The notes below the pieces were generated by a model. It searched no databases. It had not been told where the DNA came from and saw nothing but the letters and a program-made list of their open reading frames with translations. 64,000 nt of DNA from Squalus acanthias (Eukaryota): the NCBI GenBank assembly GCA_030390025.1, contig CM059432.1, forward strand, positions 130,574,001 to 130,638,000, written 5' to 3'. Both the position numbers and the translations under genes were made by a program. This document shows positions 41,719 through 55,362 of this stretch, piece by piece. Every line of letters starts with the position of its first letter. Positions within the stretch are counted from its first letter, which is position 1.

Positions 41719-42559
41719 CTAATATAAAGAAAACCACAAAAATAAAAAGGGAAAATTCAGAGTTAAAGATTTACATTTCACATCATCAAATGATTCAGTT
41801 ACCAGCAAAAGTCATTTTAGTATTCAAAGTCTTCACTACTGTTTATGTAGCTATTACACTCTTTGTATTTCTTCCTGATGCCACTAAAGTTCTGCCGTAT
41901 ATTACCTGGAGAGTGGGAAGTCTGAACTCGCCCAATGTTTACTTAATAGCATACTTAACAATCCCTTTGTAATTTTAAGGGACCACATGCAGTTTTAAGC
42001 AGACACACTTCAGAAGAATTATACATTGGCCCCAAAATTCCGATCAGGCCAAGGCAAAATATCTGTCGATCTCTGGATTGTGCGCAAGATAATGGGACGG
42101 AAGCTGGCTCTGTCAGGGTTCGGCCCAATGTTTTCCAAGCTGCCACTTTCTGGCGGCGGGGATGGGGGTGGTCAGATCCTCCGCCCACCCCACCTACATC
42201 AAGGGAGTATGTGTGGCGGAGTACAAAAGGTGACCCTGGGAATTCCACACTTCAAGCTCCCACTCGGTCTACAGCAGAACCTGTCAAGACCTGGCACAAG
42301 TCTCCCTGCAAAAAGGCCCCAAATCTTAACTAGGGAAAGGTAAATCGAAGAAGCCCACTTGCGCCATTAGAAGCAGAGGAACAGATGAGGAAACATTTCT
42401 TTCAAGCCTTCTATCCTCGGCAATGCAAAGGACCCGATCGCCAGGAGTTGGAATGGGGTTTCCAGCCTGGGACTAAGACAGAGTTTCGGGTCCAATGTTT
42501 GGCATGGTATAATGTTCCTATCTTAACAAAATACTGCATCCTCCAACTTGCCGTATTTT

Positions 42560-43075
42560 CTAGAATGGTTATAGCACAGAAGGAGGCCATTCGGCCCGTC
42601 GAGCCTGTGCCAGCTCTCTGCAAGAGCACTTCAGCAAGTCCCACTCCCCCGCCCTTTCCCCGTAGCTTTGCAAATTTTTTTCCTTCAGGTACTTGTCCAA
42701 TTCCCTTCTGAAAGCCACGATTGAGTCTGCCTCCACCACCCTTTCAGGCAGTGCATTCCCGATCATAACCACTCACTGTGTAAAAAAGTTTTTCCTCATG
42801 TCGCCTTTGGTTCTTTTGCCAATCACCTTAAATCTGCGTCTCTGGTTCTCGACCCTTCTGCCAATGGGAGCAGTTTCTCTCTATCTACTCTGTCCAGACC
42901 CCTCATGATTTTGGACACCTCTATCAAATCTCCTCTCAACCTTCTCTGTTCCAAGGAGAACAACTCCAGCTTCTCTAGTCTATCCACGTAATTGAAGTCC
43001 CTCATCCCTGGAATATTTCTTGTAAATCTTTTCTGCACCCTCTCCAAGGCCTTCACATCATTCCTAAAGTGCAGT
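42560..43075 (-). mobile_element. CR1 3' fragment
   Basis: LERVQKRFTR, RRLRGDLIEV. Confidence 0.85.
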
Positions 43076-44967
43076 GCGTCTACAGTTCAGACATCATACT
43101 ATGTAACAATCTTAAGATGCTGCGCTCATGAGCTGCAGCCTGAAACTGACCAGCACATTCCAATCTACAGTTACCTGAACAAAAAAAATTAACTCTGATT
43201 AACCTGAGCCTTGATTATAGCAATCACATTTAGAGAAATACTGATTTTAAGAATGCAGAACAATGATACCTTGTTAAAGAGCACACTTTAAGAATGGAAG
43301 AGTACATTGTGCGATCCACTTGTAATATATTAGAAATGGTTAATCAGTGTGTAGAGTCTACACACTCCAGATGTCACTCTGGGTGCTTCAGAATTCTGCT
43401 TAAGTGCAGGAGTGTGTCTATTTAAAAAGGAACAAAATCAAATTCTTGTTAAGCAAACACAGTATGAGGTTATAAAGAGTTCAGTTAAGAGGCTGGAGCC
43501 ATTGTGGAGCTGTTAGGAAATGGTTAATCAGATCGTACAACTATTGATTTCTCTTGATATTAATTTCTTCATATTAACTGTGTCCAGTAACTTTTCAATT
43601 GTAGCTGATCCCTCTAGCAGTTTGATTATCCCTTTGATATAAACAGATCCTGTAAAAAGACCTCGAGAATTCTTAGACATAGGAGTGGGTGTGTCGACAA
43701 GACAGCATTGTGTAGGCATATTCGTCTTTCAACTTCACGGGGACACTGGAGATACCCGATATTTTTACGATGGTTAGATGAAGATGGCAGAAAATGGATG
43801 TATTGATCAGACACGAGCGGTGTGCAAAGGCAACCTTGAAAGACGACACCTGTCAAAGGGATACGGCCTAGGGGGATGGAAAAGTAACACCCTCACAGAT
43901 GGTTAAAAGGCTTTTGCTAGTTCATGAATTTCCGCAACTGTCTTCAGCCAAAAGATTTGGTTGACCGATCAATCAGGATGTGTAAAACTGAAGTTATTGA
44001 TAAGGGACATGAAAAGATTAGGTAATGCTGAATCACAACAGGATTGATAAAAACAGGTGTAAAGAATGGGTGCTGGGGGGAAAATATCTCAGAATTCGAT
44101 GAGGCCTGATCAGCCTTGACAACTTTGAGCTTGAAATTGTTAATGTGTGTAAATTCCCCAGTGAACGCGCAACTTTTTGCCATAAGTGCTGCTAAGTGTA
44201 TATTTAATTATTGTCAATAATAGATATCATCATATGCTTAATAAATCTGTGACTATCTACCTGCAATGCCATGAACCCCATTATTTTGAGGAGTAACTTA
44301 TAAGTAAGAACACTCAACAGATACAGTATTATGCAAGACAGAGGTTAGAGTGCGATCCTTGTACTGACGGACAGGAACACACACACGGATCTCATGTTGT
44401 GGTGCTCACATTAAGTTGGAAGATACTCCTTATCCTTCTGAAGCAGTGTGTTATTTCATGTAACAGAATGCATTGATCGGCTAAAGTGGAGCGGTGTCCC
44501 TTTAAGCCCACAAAGTCTAATAGTTGAATAAACTGTGGTTCAGGTCAAAGTTCAATTGATGTTTGGTCAGAGAGCTTTGCACATTGGAATGTGTTTGTCA
44601 GTTTAAGAATGAAGATTAGACGTACAGTTCGGAAGCACCCAGTATTTTAAGATTATTTTGCATCTGTAACAAAGTATGAATCTGCTGACATACTATTTTT
44701 TTTTTAAATGTGATAAGATATTTTTAATAACAGATAGCAAGACTAATAGTCAACTTAATGTTAGCAAGCATATTTTAGTGTGCATGATGATTTACCTATC
44801 CCAAAGTAATTTTCTCAGTAAGTAACTAGAAGACGGTTAAGTTCTCCATTTAGTCTGCATCTCAGTAATGGTGATTTGTCCGCACGGGCTACTTCATTGG
44901 TAAATATATTCTTCAGCTGTTACTGCCATTATTTACCTTAGGTAATTAGAACATAGTTATTTCTCAC

Positions 44968-45160
44968 CTGATTGTAAATATCATCTGATCGTAGTCGGCC
45001 AACCACCATTGAGATGAATGTCGTGCTGATTGGCACTCTCTGAAAGTAGCTCTCTGGGTAGTTTACGGGCCTCTTTGCCCCTGCCAGAGATGAATACCCT
45101 GTGCTACGCAGCAGCTTGCAAATATCATCCAGATTGGAATCAGAAGAAGAACGAGCAGCA
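44968..45160 (-). CDS. WASHC5: WASHC5 coding exon 5 ([21 protein letters not shown]...[10 protein letters not shown])
   Basis: 193 nt; AG/GT. Confidence 0.96.
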
Positions 45161-45967
45161 CTGTGAAAGACACAAGCAGGTTATTCTTTTACAGCCAGGA
45201 CACATCCTCACAGGACATGGACGCTGCGGCCACCTGCTCCACAAGTGAAAGATGAGGGACGACCCGAAGTGGGACTGTGGCCGAGAGTCCCAGACCATGG
45301 AACAGATCACATCAACCTGCTCACTAAGATCTGTTGCGGGAGGCACCTCATTTCTCCACTCGGCATCTCAGGAGGCCATCGAATGGATAGCCAAACTAGA
45401 CATTCCATTATAAGCTGTTCCCGTCATACAAAAGGTAGTAGTAGTAGTAGCCAGGACACAAAACCAAAGGGTATTTGCGAATGCAAGTGAGAGACACAAA
45501 ATAATTTCAAACATCTTAAGCTCACCAGTAGGAATGTATTCACAAACAAAATGGTTGGAATGATTATCTTTGACATTGTTACATTTTTGGTTTAAAAAGA
45601 TGCATACATCGTTCGTTAAATGGCAAGTGCTAGTGACATCATGTGGAAGTGATTGAAGAAGCTGAATTACACTCCACAGATACAACCATAGCAAACCTCT
45701 TCTCAGCTAGCTCCTCTGATGAAATCATATCTAAAAAAATTCTCATAGTTTGACATGATGAGAATACAAATAAAAAATGAATCGCAAAAGTGAAAGTTTT
45801 AGAATCAGTATAAAATAGTACCGTGTCAGTCGCAAGGATTGCCACTTGCACATACAAGGTGCATCGCTGGCATAGGGCCAACCTACAGAGCTGCAATTTC
45901 CAGCTCTCTCAGTGTGGAGGAGGGGAGACTGGAAAACAGCAGACCACTTCATTCCTGTGCCGCCAAA

Positions 45968-46866
45968 GAACATAATAAGACGTAGGAGCAGGAGTAGGTC
46001 ATTTGGCCCCTTGAGCCTGCTCCGCCATTCAATAAGATCATGGCTGATCTGATCTTGGCCTCAACTCCACTTCCCTGCCTGCTCCCCATAACCCTCGACT
46101 CCCTGATCGTTCAAAAATCTGTCCATCTCCACCTTAAATATATTCAATGACCCAGCCTCCACAGCTCTCTTGGGAAGAGAATTCCAAAGATTCACAACCC
46201 TCAGAAGAAATTCCTCCTCATTTCCGATTTAAATGAGTGCCCCCTTATTCTGAAATTATGCCCCCTAGTTCTAGATTCCCCCACGAGGGGAAACATCCTC
46301 TCTGCATCTACCCTGTCAAGCCCCTTCAGAATCTTGTGTGTTTCAATAAGATCCCCTCTCATTCTTCTAAACTCCAATGAGTATAAGCCCAACCTGCTCA
46401 ACCTTTCTTCATAAGTCAACCCCTTCATCTCCGAAATCAACCTCGTGAACTTTCTCTGAACTGCCTCCAATGCAAGTAAATCCTTCCTCAATTAAGGAGA
46501 CCAAAGCTGTACGCAGTACTCCAGGTGTGGTCTCACCAACGCTCTGTACAGTTGTAACAGGACTTCCCTACTTTTATACTCCATTCCCTTTTCAATAAAG
46601 GCCAACACTCCATTTACCTTCCTAATTACTTGCTGTACCTGCATGCTAACTTTTTGTGATTCATGTACAAGGACCCCCAGATCCCTCTGTACCTCAGCAT
46701 TGTGTAATCTCTCCCCTCGCATTTTCCCACATTAAACTCCATCTGCCAGAGTTTTGCCCACTCACTTAGCCCATCGCTATCCCTCTGGAGATTCTTTGCG
46801 TCCTCCACACAATTTGCTTTCCCACCTATCTTTGTATCATCAGCAAATTTGGCTACATTACACTCA
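45968..46866 (-). mobile_element. CR1 3' fragment
   Basis: LYRALVRPHLEYCVQ, RRMRGDLIET. Confidence 0.88.
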
Positions 46867-47489
46867 GTTATAACAACTTCTCATATTATGTAATATATAT
46901 GTGAATAATAAATTTATCACTTCTCAACATTACCCACCAGCAGGAATAATCCACTTTTAGGAAACTGCCAAGCCATGCCTCTCAACTGAAAGTTTTCCCG
47001 CCATCAACAGAGCCGCACCAATGGTCAGAAAAGGTCGAGTAGTGTTGAATGTGACACAGATACAGCATGCTGGAATGATGGTGGTGGGAAGGGGTGGTGT
47101 ACGAGAGAGTGCGAGTGACTGAGTAAGTGTGTTTGAAACAAATGGCACCCAGAGTTCTTATAAATTTGCAAAGCAGAGAACATGATTCTTTACAGGACTT
47201 GATACTATAGAAGGGCCCTGGCCAAAACCAGCTATATCCCTCAACGGTTGAGGGGGGAGGAATTTTTAAAAATCAGTATGAACAGTAACCCTTGTGAACT
47301 GTTCTAATGAACTAAGAGGACTGGCTGAAAGCCAAGACTAAAATTTGACTCCACCAGTAGTCTATACCATCCGCAACTGTACGCAAGCACTTACAGCCTT
47401 ATCAACTATTAAAGGAGGCTGGATGTGGGTCACCAGAATTTTCTAATTTCAAGCACTCAGCATTCGAAAGTTGAGTATTCAAGATAGAA

Positions 47490-48190
47490 GCAGAGTTCTC
47501 TGATTGGCCAGATGTGACAAGTGGTATTCCCCAGGGGTCTGTAGTGGGGCCTCAGCTTTCCAAGCATATATATTAATGACTTGGATGAAAGAAGAGAGCG
47601 TTGCACAGCTAAGTTTGCAGATGGCACTAAATTAGGAGGCATGCCAAATTGTGTAGAAGTTACGGGCATAGATGGGCAAGGAGGGAAAGAAAGGGAAAGA
47701 AGGAGAGAAGGGGGAAGTGTGAGGTCATCTACAAATCGGAAATATTTTCTTAAATGATGAGGCGAGGAGCTGTGGAGGTCAAAGGGATTCAGGTGTCCAG
47801 GTGCACAAATCACTAAAAGCTAGTGCACACGTACAAACGTAATCAAAATGGCTAATGGCTGGTCTTTATCACAAGGAGATTGGAATTCAAAAGTGAAGCT
47901 TCAATTGTACAGAGCCTTGGGCAGACCCCATCTGGAGCACCATATCTCAGGAAGGATATATTGGCCTTGGAAGAGGAACAGCACAGATTCACCAGGATGA
48001 TACCAGGGCTTAAACAGTTAAATTACAAGGACAGGTTACATGCACTTGGCTTGTATTCCCTTGAGTTTAGACGGTTGTGGAGTGATCTAATCGACCCCTT
48101 TAAAATAATAAAGGGATTCGATAGGGTAGATACAGAGAAACTATTTCCTCTTGTTGGGGGGAAATCCAGAACAAGAGGACATGACCTTAT
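47490..48190 (+). mobile_element. Decayed CR1 fragment
   Basis: YLRKDILALE...LGLYSLEFRRL. Confidence 0.8.
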
Positions 48191-48593
48191 GTTCCCATGT
48201 CAGCAGAAGAACTTGCAAAGTGAAGAGTGACTGTTCTGGAAACCACGCACACCCAAATGTAATTGGGGATATTTTAATTCTGATCAATACTAACCACCTT
48301 ATTGCTTTAATACAGAGATCCAATTGCACCGACTGGCTGGCCAGAAATGAGAGTCACCCTGTAACTCCTGCAAACCCAATAGCAAATGTTGTAGCACCAC
48401 TATCAACAATCCAGAAGCAGATCAGCCACCCATTCAGTGAGGAGAGCAGAAGGCAAGATAATGGGCATTGCCTTTTCATGCGTTTTTCTAAAAAACAGTA
48501 CATTACATAGAATGAAGCATTTTGAAGCATGTTTCAAGACAGTAAGACATCGAAGAATTTGGATGACAATCAGACTCTCTGGGTTCTCTCTCA

Positions 48594-48941
<348 letters not shown>

Positions 48942-50068
48942 CTACTCTAAGCTTTCAATCAAGAACTTTATAGCGACTGCTTAGGGATAAGAACAAATAA
49001 AATAGGAGACGAGGCTGCCCACTGACAGAGAGGTAGAAAGTAGGTTCACACTTGCAATTCCACAACACACTCCCACTTCTGGGCAGAATGTCAGGGAAAG
49101 TGGAAAATAAATGAAAGATAGGAAAGTCACCCTCCTTTACAGCTCTCAGCAAATGAGGAATGATACAAGGATTCTTATTAAAAAAAAAGGGGAGCAGGTA
49201 AAAAATAAAAACAGCTTCAGTTATGATTTGATGCACTTCATGATTTTTATTATGCATTTTACTATTTGGTTATTTTTCCCAGCACAAAATAGGCTGAACT
49301 ATTACTTGCATATACAATAGAGGGAAAGGGGAAAAGTGAACCATAGAGGTCTTAAAATCCTAGGCTGAGGTCCAGATAAAAGAGAAAGAACAAATGTTGA
49401 TGTCAGGAGAAGCCTTGATTATATCCCTTAAGCCTCAGCACTTAGTTCTTTCTTGTCCTGTTAAGAAAGAACTATTTACCACGATAAGGAACATGTCAAA
49501 GAATTTTGAGTTGAAACAAAATACAATCAATCTTTCTACCTTTCATTTTGTATAAATGTACCTTTTGGTGATTTGTACTGCTGATCAAAGTGAATCATGC
49601 CAGCCTTGTGGAATGGAATATTTCCCCACATTTTAGCCCTAGACATCAAAGATTCCCTGGTCAACTGCAGTATTTCTGCACTTTAAGTAAAAGTCTGTAC
49701 CAACAACATATCTTCACACTCAACTTTGGACCAACACCCAGTGAGACAACTCCAGCTCACATACTAACCAGCCTGTGGCCTCACCTGTAGTAAACGGCCA
49801 ACCTTGCGCATACACTTTTCAATTAAATTCTCAATTCCCGTCATGAATGGCTTCAACAGGTCATTTCAAAGTTGGCAAAATTGCAGCCCCTTAAAGAGAT
49901 GATCGCAGGCCTAGGCCAGTCATACATGTGTGTAGGCCTCTAATTAATTACTTAATTTCTCTTCAAATTTGCTGCGCCAGTGGAGAACTAGCTCGGAAAG
50001 CAGAAGCCAGCACCAAAGTGGTGGTTGGAAATGAGTGGCCTTTTTTAAAAAAAACACTTCTTAAAAAA

Positions 50069-50395
50069 AATTCACGGGATGTGGACGTCGCCGGCATCGC
50101 TAAGCCACCTTCTTAAAGAGGGCAGTTAAGAGTCAACCACATTGCTGTGGGTCTGGACTCACATATAGGCCGGGTAAGGACAGCAGATTTCCTTCCCTAT
50201 TAGTGAACCAGATGGGTTTTTACGACAATCCGGTAGTTTCACGGTCACCATTAATGATACTAGGTTTTTATTCCAGATTTATTTAATTAACTAAATTTAA
50301 ATTCCCCAACTGCCGTGGTGGGATTTGAACACAAGTCTCCGGATCATTAGTCCAGGCCTCTGGATTACTAGTCCAGTTAAATAACCACTATGCTA
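50069..50395 (-). mobile_element. tRNA-headed SINE sharing head and tail with the LINE at 58945-59832
   Basis: Minus strand TAGCATAGTGG (A box) and GTTCAAATC (B box); shared body and tail. Confidence 0.7.
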
Positions 50396-50796
50396 ACATA
50401 CTGTACCTCTTGCATCAGCGGTGTTTACAGTATAAAAAGAAATTGCTTCACAAATCAGAAGGCAACAAATTTAAATGTCAATCCTAGAGTATGGCTCTGG
50501 GTCACAATATAAATCAGTTATTAAATTATGGGTAGTTCTACAACGCGAGTCCATGTTCACTATAAACTAGATTGACACTGCAAGAAAACTTTCAGCAATA
50601 TTGACAAGATGGATTTGTACTCAAGTGAAGGACAGTGCACTACAACAACAATTTGCATTTATATAGCGCCTTTAACGTAGTAAAACATCCCAAGATGCTT
50701 AACTCACTTGCGTCTCACCCAGCTTGTTTCTCCTTCTCCCCATACAAATTTCAACAATCAAAATACTAGTGTTTTTGAAATGTTATACTAACGTAC

Positions 50797-50881
50797 AAGA
50801 AGCTGCTTTCCATCTTCATTGAGCAGCACTGTTTCAAGGGTCTGCTGAATGTAGACACCTTCATTGAGATCGTCCAGGAAT
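50797..50881 (-). CDS. WASHC5: WASHC5 coding exon 3 ([28 protein letters not shown])
   Basis: 85 nt; AG/GT boundaries. Confidence 0.96.
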
Positions 50882-51360
50882 CTGAAATAATCCAGCAAGA
50901 AAAGTAGAATTCGACGTCGGTTACAAATTTCATCTTAGCAACTAAAGCGGAGACGGTCATCGCACAACTGATAGAATCAGTTCTTCATAGCGCACACACA
51001 ACGGTATCATTTAGTTTGTTATGCAGTTTGGTCCACACGCTGTATAAAATCTTTCAGCATACCCGTAGTTGTACAATATCATATGTATGGATCTCACGAA
51101 CAAAATTAGAATTAGAATAAAAGGGAAATTTGTCATGTACATCACAGATTTTGTTCACTACTTATCACTTGCCCACCTGGTGTTCTTTTAAGGCAACAAA
51201 TTTCTTTACAGTTAATTACCAAAAGGAAAACAAAACTCCCATCACCTACCAACATGTCAAATCAATGAGGGGTATCCAAACATTATTCTCTAATTAAAGA
51301 GGCTGAAATTCAACTCTGTAAATACAGCTATTAACAGCAGACACATGTACACATTTTTAC

Positions 51361-51506
51361 CTGCTCAGATCAAATATGTATTTGTGAACACTTTCAAAGG
51401 CAAGGTAGAATCTTGTCAATATTTCAATGTGATTTTCACGAAATTCTTCATCTAAATCCTGAAGATCTGGTTTAGACTCCAACTTGCCTTCATAGTACTC
51501 AGGACC
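51361..51506 (-). CDS. WASHC5: WASHC5 coding exon 2 ([25 protein letters not shown]...)
   Basis: 146 nt; ttag| acceptor, |gtaaaa donor; strumpellin homology. Confidence 0.96.
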
Positions 51507-51924
51507 CTAAAATGAAATCCATTTTATTGTTAAAATAGCAGTCATTCCTTAAAAAAAGAGATATATCAAATTTATTCATCAAGGGAGACTAATTGTGATT
51601 AAATAATTTAATCAGTTGTCAGAGTATAACAGCAGCCCAAGATGGCTTTCCCTGATTTTTCCTTCTTTCCAATGTTGCTAGTGTTTTCCCAATGCTATTT
51701 CAAGCTGGGGGATAGGCACTCCCATACTTATTGGCAAAATAAGCTTGAACACTAGTTCATACACACAACTTTACTTTAATTACTAATAACATGGCTGTGG
51801 CATTGCCCGCAGACAGTTATGGAGCATAGTTCTTTTTAATATACAAGATGGCAACTGAGTTGGGAGACATTAATAAAAGAACTTGCATTTATATAGCACT
51901 GTTCACGACCTCAGGATGCCCCAA

Positions 51925-52150
51925 AGATGGACATAAAAGATCCCAGGGCACCATTTCAAAGAAGAACATGGGGAGTTCTCCCCGGTGTTCTGGCCAATAT
52001 TTATCCCTCAATCAACATCACTAAAACAGATTATCTGGTCGTTATCACATTGCTGTTTGTGGGAGCTTGCTGTGCGCAAATTGGCTGCCACGTTTCCTAC
52101 ATTACAGCAGTGTTTAAACTTCAAAAGTACTTCATTGGCTGTGAAGCCAT
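51925..52150 (+). mobile_element. Deu-domain SINE fragment
   Basis: Matches the body of 10020-10230. Confidence 0.8.
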
Positions 52151-52725
52151 TACGTGAAGTTGCCAACATTGCGAGAGTTGGCATAGGAGAACTGAATGGG
52201 AAAAAACGGTGTGGCAATTTACAACAGCAAATATTTCAGAGAAAAGCATAACCAAAAATGGTGACAACAGGAAGTTTGTGGGCAGGAAGTGCACGCCCTA
52301 CACAAGATTTTTATTTTTATATATGTCCTCAAATATTCTGATATATATTTCACTTGCAAAACAAAATCAAAAATATTTTTAAATGGTGACAACTCAACAT
52401 TATTTTGCTCCTTGTAAATCTGCTGTATTTTATTTCACTGCTTGTCTCATGATCGGTCATTACTGTAGGTGGGGACTGGGGACTACTGGCTAAACAAGAC
52501 TTTCCTCCAAAGATTGGGGGAAGTCAGTGAAGGTGTGCTTAAAAATAGAAATAAAGAGACAACTGTGCAAAACATCGCACGAGTTAAAATTTTAGATTTA
52601 AAAGCGTTGCATTAATGTCTGTGGACAAATATAACACGAAGAGCGTTGTAATGAACTTAAGTCTGGTTGTTTTGCATAAGATACTGATGACATGTCGCAG
52701 AATACTCAAGACCACAAGCTCTCAC

Positions 52726-52911
52726 CTTGAAGTAACTAAAGTCACAAATAATGTCTCCATACTTCTGCTGCTCGGCCTTGTCTCGGAGTCTGTAAACGCT
52801 GGGGACGAACTCGGACAGTCTCAAAAGTTCTGCAATAATGGCGTTACCGCGGGACACGATCCGGAGAACTGCCTGCCCACAGAGGTTGTTCTCTGCCAGA
52901 AAGTCCACCAT
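52726..52911 (-). CDS. WASHC5: WASHC5 coding exon 1 (MVDFLAENN...DFSYFK)
   Basis: Kozak-like gccATGg at 52911; 186 nt; donor AAG|gtgaga. Confidence 0.97.
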
Positions 52912-53310
52912 GGCTGAGGGGCAGCTTCCAAGAGCCGAGAGAGAGAGAGGGGGGGTGGGCAGCAACAGAAGACCACCTTGCACCAAAGGAAGAGCCTGGT
53001 GCTGCTGGACTTATTGCACCGAGCCTGTGTTCATGCTCCACTGTCTCTTCCTCTTCTGGCGGCTGCTGCAACAGCAACGTCGCTCCGCACAGGGTCTGAA
53101 GGGGAAACACAGCGGACACAAGCCCCGGGGCAGAGTCACTGGGTCTTCGCCGCTCGCCCCCACATCTTGGGCTAAAATGCAGCGAGGGGAGAAATACTGT
53201 TGTTGCTTGTGTCTCTTTCAGCAGAGTTCAGAGCTCACAGCAGCTCTTCCATGTTGATCATATGACTCCTTCCTGTCAACCCAACATGTGACCAACAGGC
53301 GCACTTTGGT
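52912..53310 (-). promoter_or_regulatory. Putative WASHC5 5'UTR/promoter region
   Basis: GC/CpG-enriched stretch directly upstream of the ATG. Contains E-boxes CATGTGACC (53285-53293) and CATATG, an ETS-like ACAGGAAG (minus, 53269-53276), and a possible acceptor ttcag| at 53095. Confidence 0.4.
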
Positions 53311-54452
53311 GATGCCGAGCAAGCAGTCCAGAGACAAGTCCTGTTTCTGCTCTGCCTTTACTCAATAAACCAACACCCAGTGTCATCAAATAAAAACCAA
53401 GCAAAAGTAGTGCCCCCCCCTTTTTTTTCCAAAGAGGGTCACAACTGATTTTTTTTTTAAACTAAACCATTTTTTAAAAAAGGGAACTTGTCTCTGGTTT
53501 CCAGAATGAATGTTAAGTCTTACTCTTTTGGACGCCTCAGTTTTTATTTTAAAAGTTGATTTCATTCAAAATATACTGAATCTAAGCTGTAGTTTTCTAA
53601 AAAAAAAGAAAAATGCTGTCAACGATGCAACTATTTTTGAATTCGATGTTCAGCTTTGTTTTGTTTTTCTCGGGAAGAAAAACTGAGGAGAATCAACAAT
53701 TTTCACTGCTAAAGTCACATAACATGCAAACAGCAGGGATGGGTCAAATATTTTTATTCAAAAACAATAATACCTGTACAACTCATCAATTACATAGTAA
53801 ATCCATTACATAGTAAATCCATTACATTCATCCATCACAGTAAAAAATAAAGCCTTAGAAACAGCCTTATAGTTAATATAAATGCAATTAATTTTACAAA
53901 TAATCAATAATGTTTACAGTACAAATACCCTTAAACAATACCACACAACTTTTTAGATTTAAAATAATAAATCTCAAAGTTAACTCCACATAAAACAAAA
54001 ACCATTTCAACACCAGTGTACAAACACATAACACCATCATAATCCAATTAAATGCTGCAGATAACATTTATTCCAATAAACCAAGAAAAAACCCTTTTTA
54101 CGCCAGTCCTACTGGCATTGTTCATTCGATCATTCGATCATTCATTCAATTGTTCGTTCGTTCGTTCGTTCGATAGAGCGTAAGTTCCAATATGTATGTA
54201 TGAGTGCGTGCGTATCAGTTGACAGGGATGGGTCAAGGCTTCTGCTGCATCCTCTGCAACAGCCACTCTATACTCCCTCCTCCTTCCCCTGACTAAACGA
54301 GAGAGCCAGTACTCTAATTCAGGGGTTTGAGTTATAAAATCCTGGGAAATTTATAATTTTACATGTAAAATATTGCGATTTAGTATATATCCAGGCATGC
54401 ATGCCAACCTAGAAAACTAGCAAAAGCTGACCAACAGCTTCATAAAACCTGA

Positions 54453-55362
54453 GAAGTCGCACAACACCAGGTTATAGTCCAACAGTTTTATTTGAAATTA
54501 CGAGCTTTCAGAGCGCTGCTCCTTCGTCAGGTACAGTGAGAGAATACAAGTCGGTTACAAAGTATATATAGACAGAGAACAATGTGTCTGCAGAGATACA
54601 ATCCGTCAGGGAGGCATTACATCAAAGACACAGCAGAGTACAGCTAAGACAATGAGGTGGGGGTCACAGGGGGTCCAACGTGTCAAATGCTGCAGTCTGC
54701 AGTTAAGCTTTTTACTTTTTTTTAAAACTGGAAATCACATCTGTGAACCAGACAACGACGTCGAGTCACGTCCTGTAGCGTGACATGAAACCGAGGTCCC
54801 GGTTGAGGCCGTCCTCATGGGTGCAGAACTTGGCTATCAGTTTCTGCTCGATGATTTTGCATTGTCATGTGTCTCGAAGGCCGCCTTGGAGAACGCTAAC
54901 CTGCAGATCCGAGGCTGAATGTCCTTGACTGCTGAAGTGTTCCCTGACTGGGAGGTAACAATCCTGCCTGGCGATTGTTGCGCGGTGTCCGTTCATACGT
55001 TGGCTCAGTGTCTGCATGGTCTTGCCGATGTACCATGCTGCGGTGCATTCTTTCCTGCAACGTATGAGGTAGACAACGTTGGCCGAGTCACATGAGTATG
55101 TACCATGTACCTGGTGGGTAGTGTCCTCACGTGTGATGATGGTATCTGTGTTGATGATCTGGCATGTCTTGCAGAGGTTGCCGTGGCAGGGTTGTGTGGT
55201 GTCGTGGTCGCTGTTCTCCTGACAGCTGGGTAATTTGCTGCGAACGATGGTACTTTTGAGGTTAGGCAGCTGCTTGAAGGCGAGTAGTGGAGGCGTGGGG
55301 ATGGCCTTAGCAAGGTGTTCGCCGTCATCGATGACATGCCGTCGGAACTGTCGATCGACGAG
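54453..55362 (-). mobile_element. Second Penelope-like family, 5'-truncated
   Basis: Minus translation YSCDSANVVYLIRCRKECTAAWYIGK (GIY-YIG); 13-bp TSD TCATAAAACCTGA at 54440-54452 and 55363-55375. Confidence 0.88.
54499..54533 (-). ncRNA. Minimal type I hammerhead ribozyme motif (intact core)
   Basis: TAC-CTGACGA-AGGAGCagcGCTCT-GAAAGCTC-GTA: stem I TAC/GTA, stem II GAGC/GCTC, palindromic stem III AGCT. Confidence 0.75.

Noticed and set aside
45185..45410. Possible antisense exon after ttttacag
   Set aside because: The frames I read contain stops, and I found no clear donor or homology.
52657..52986. N-terminal extension of WASHC5 from 52986
   Set aside because: It starts at a non-ATG codon; homology and Kozak context begin at 52911.
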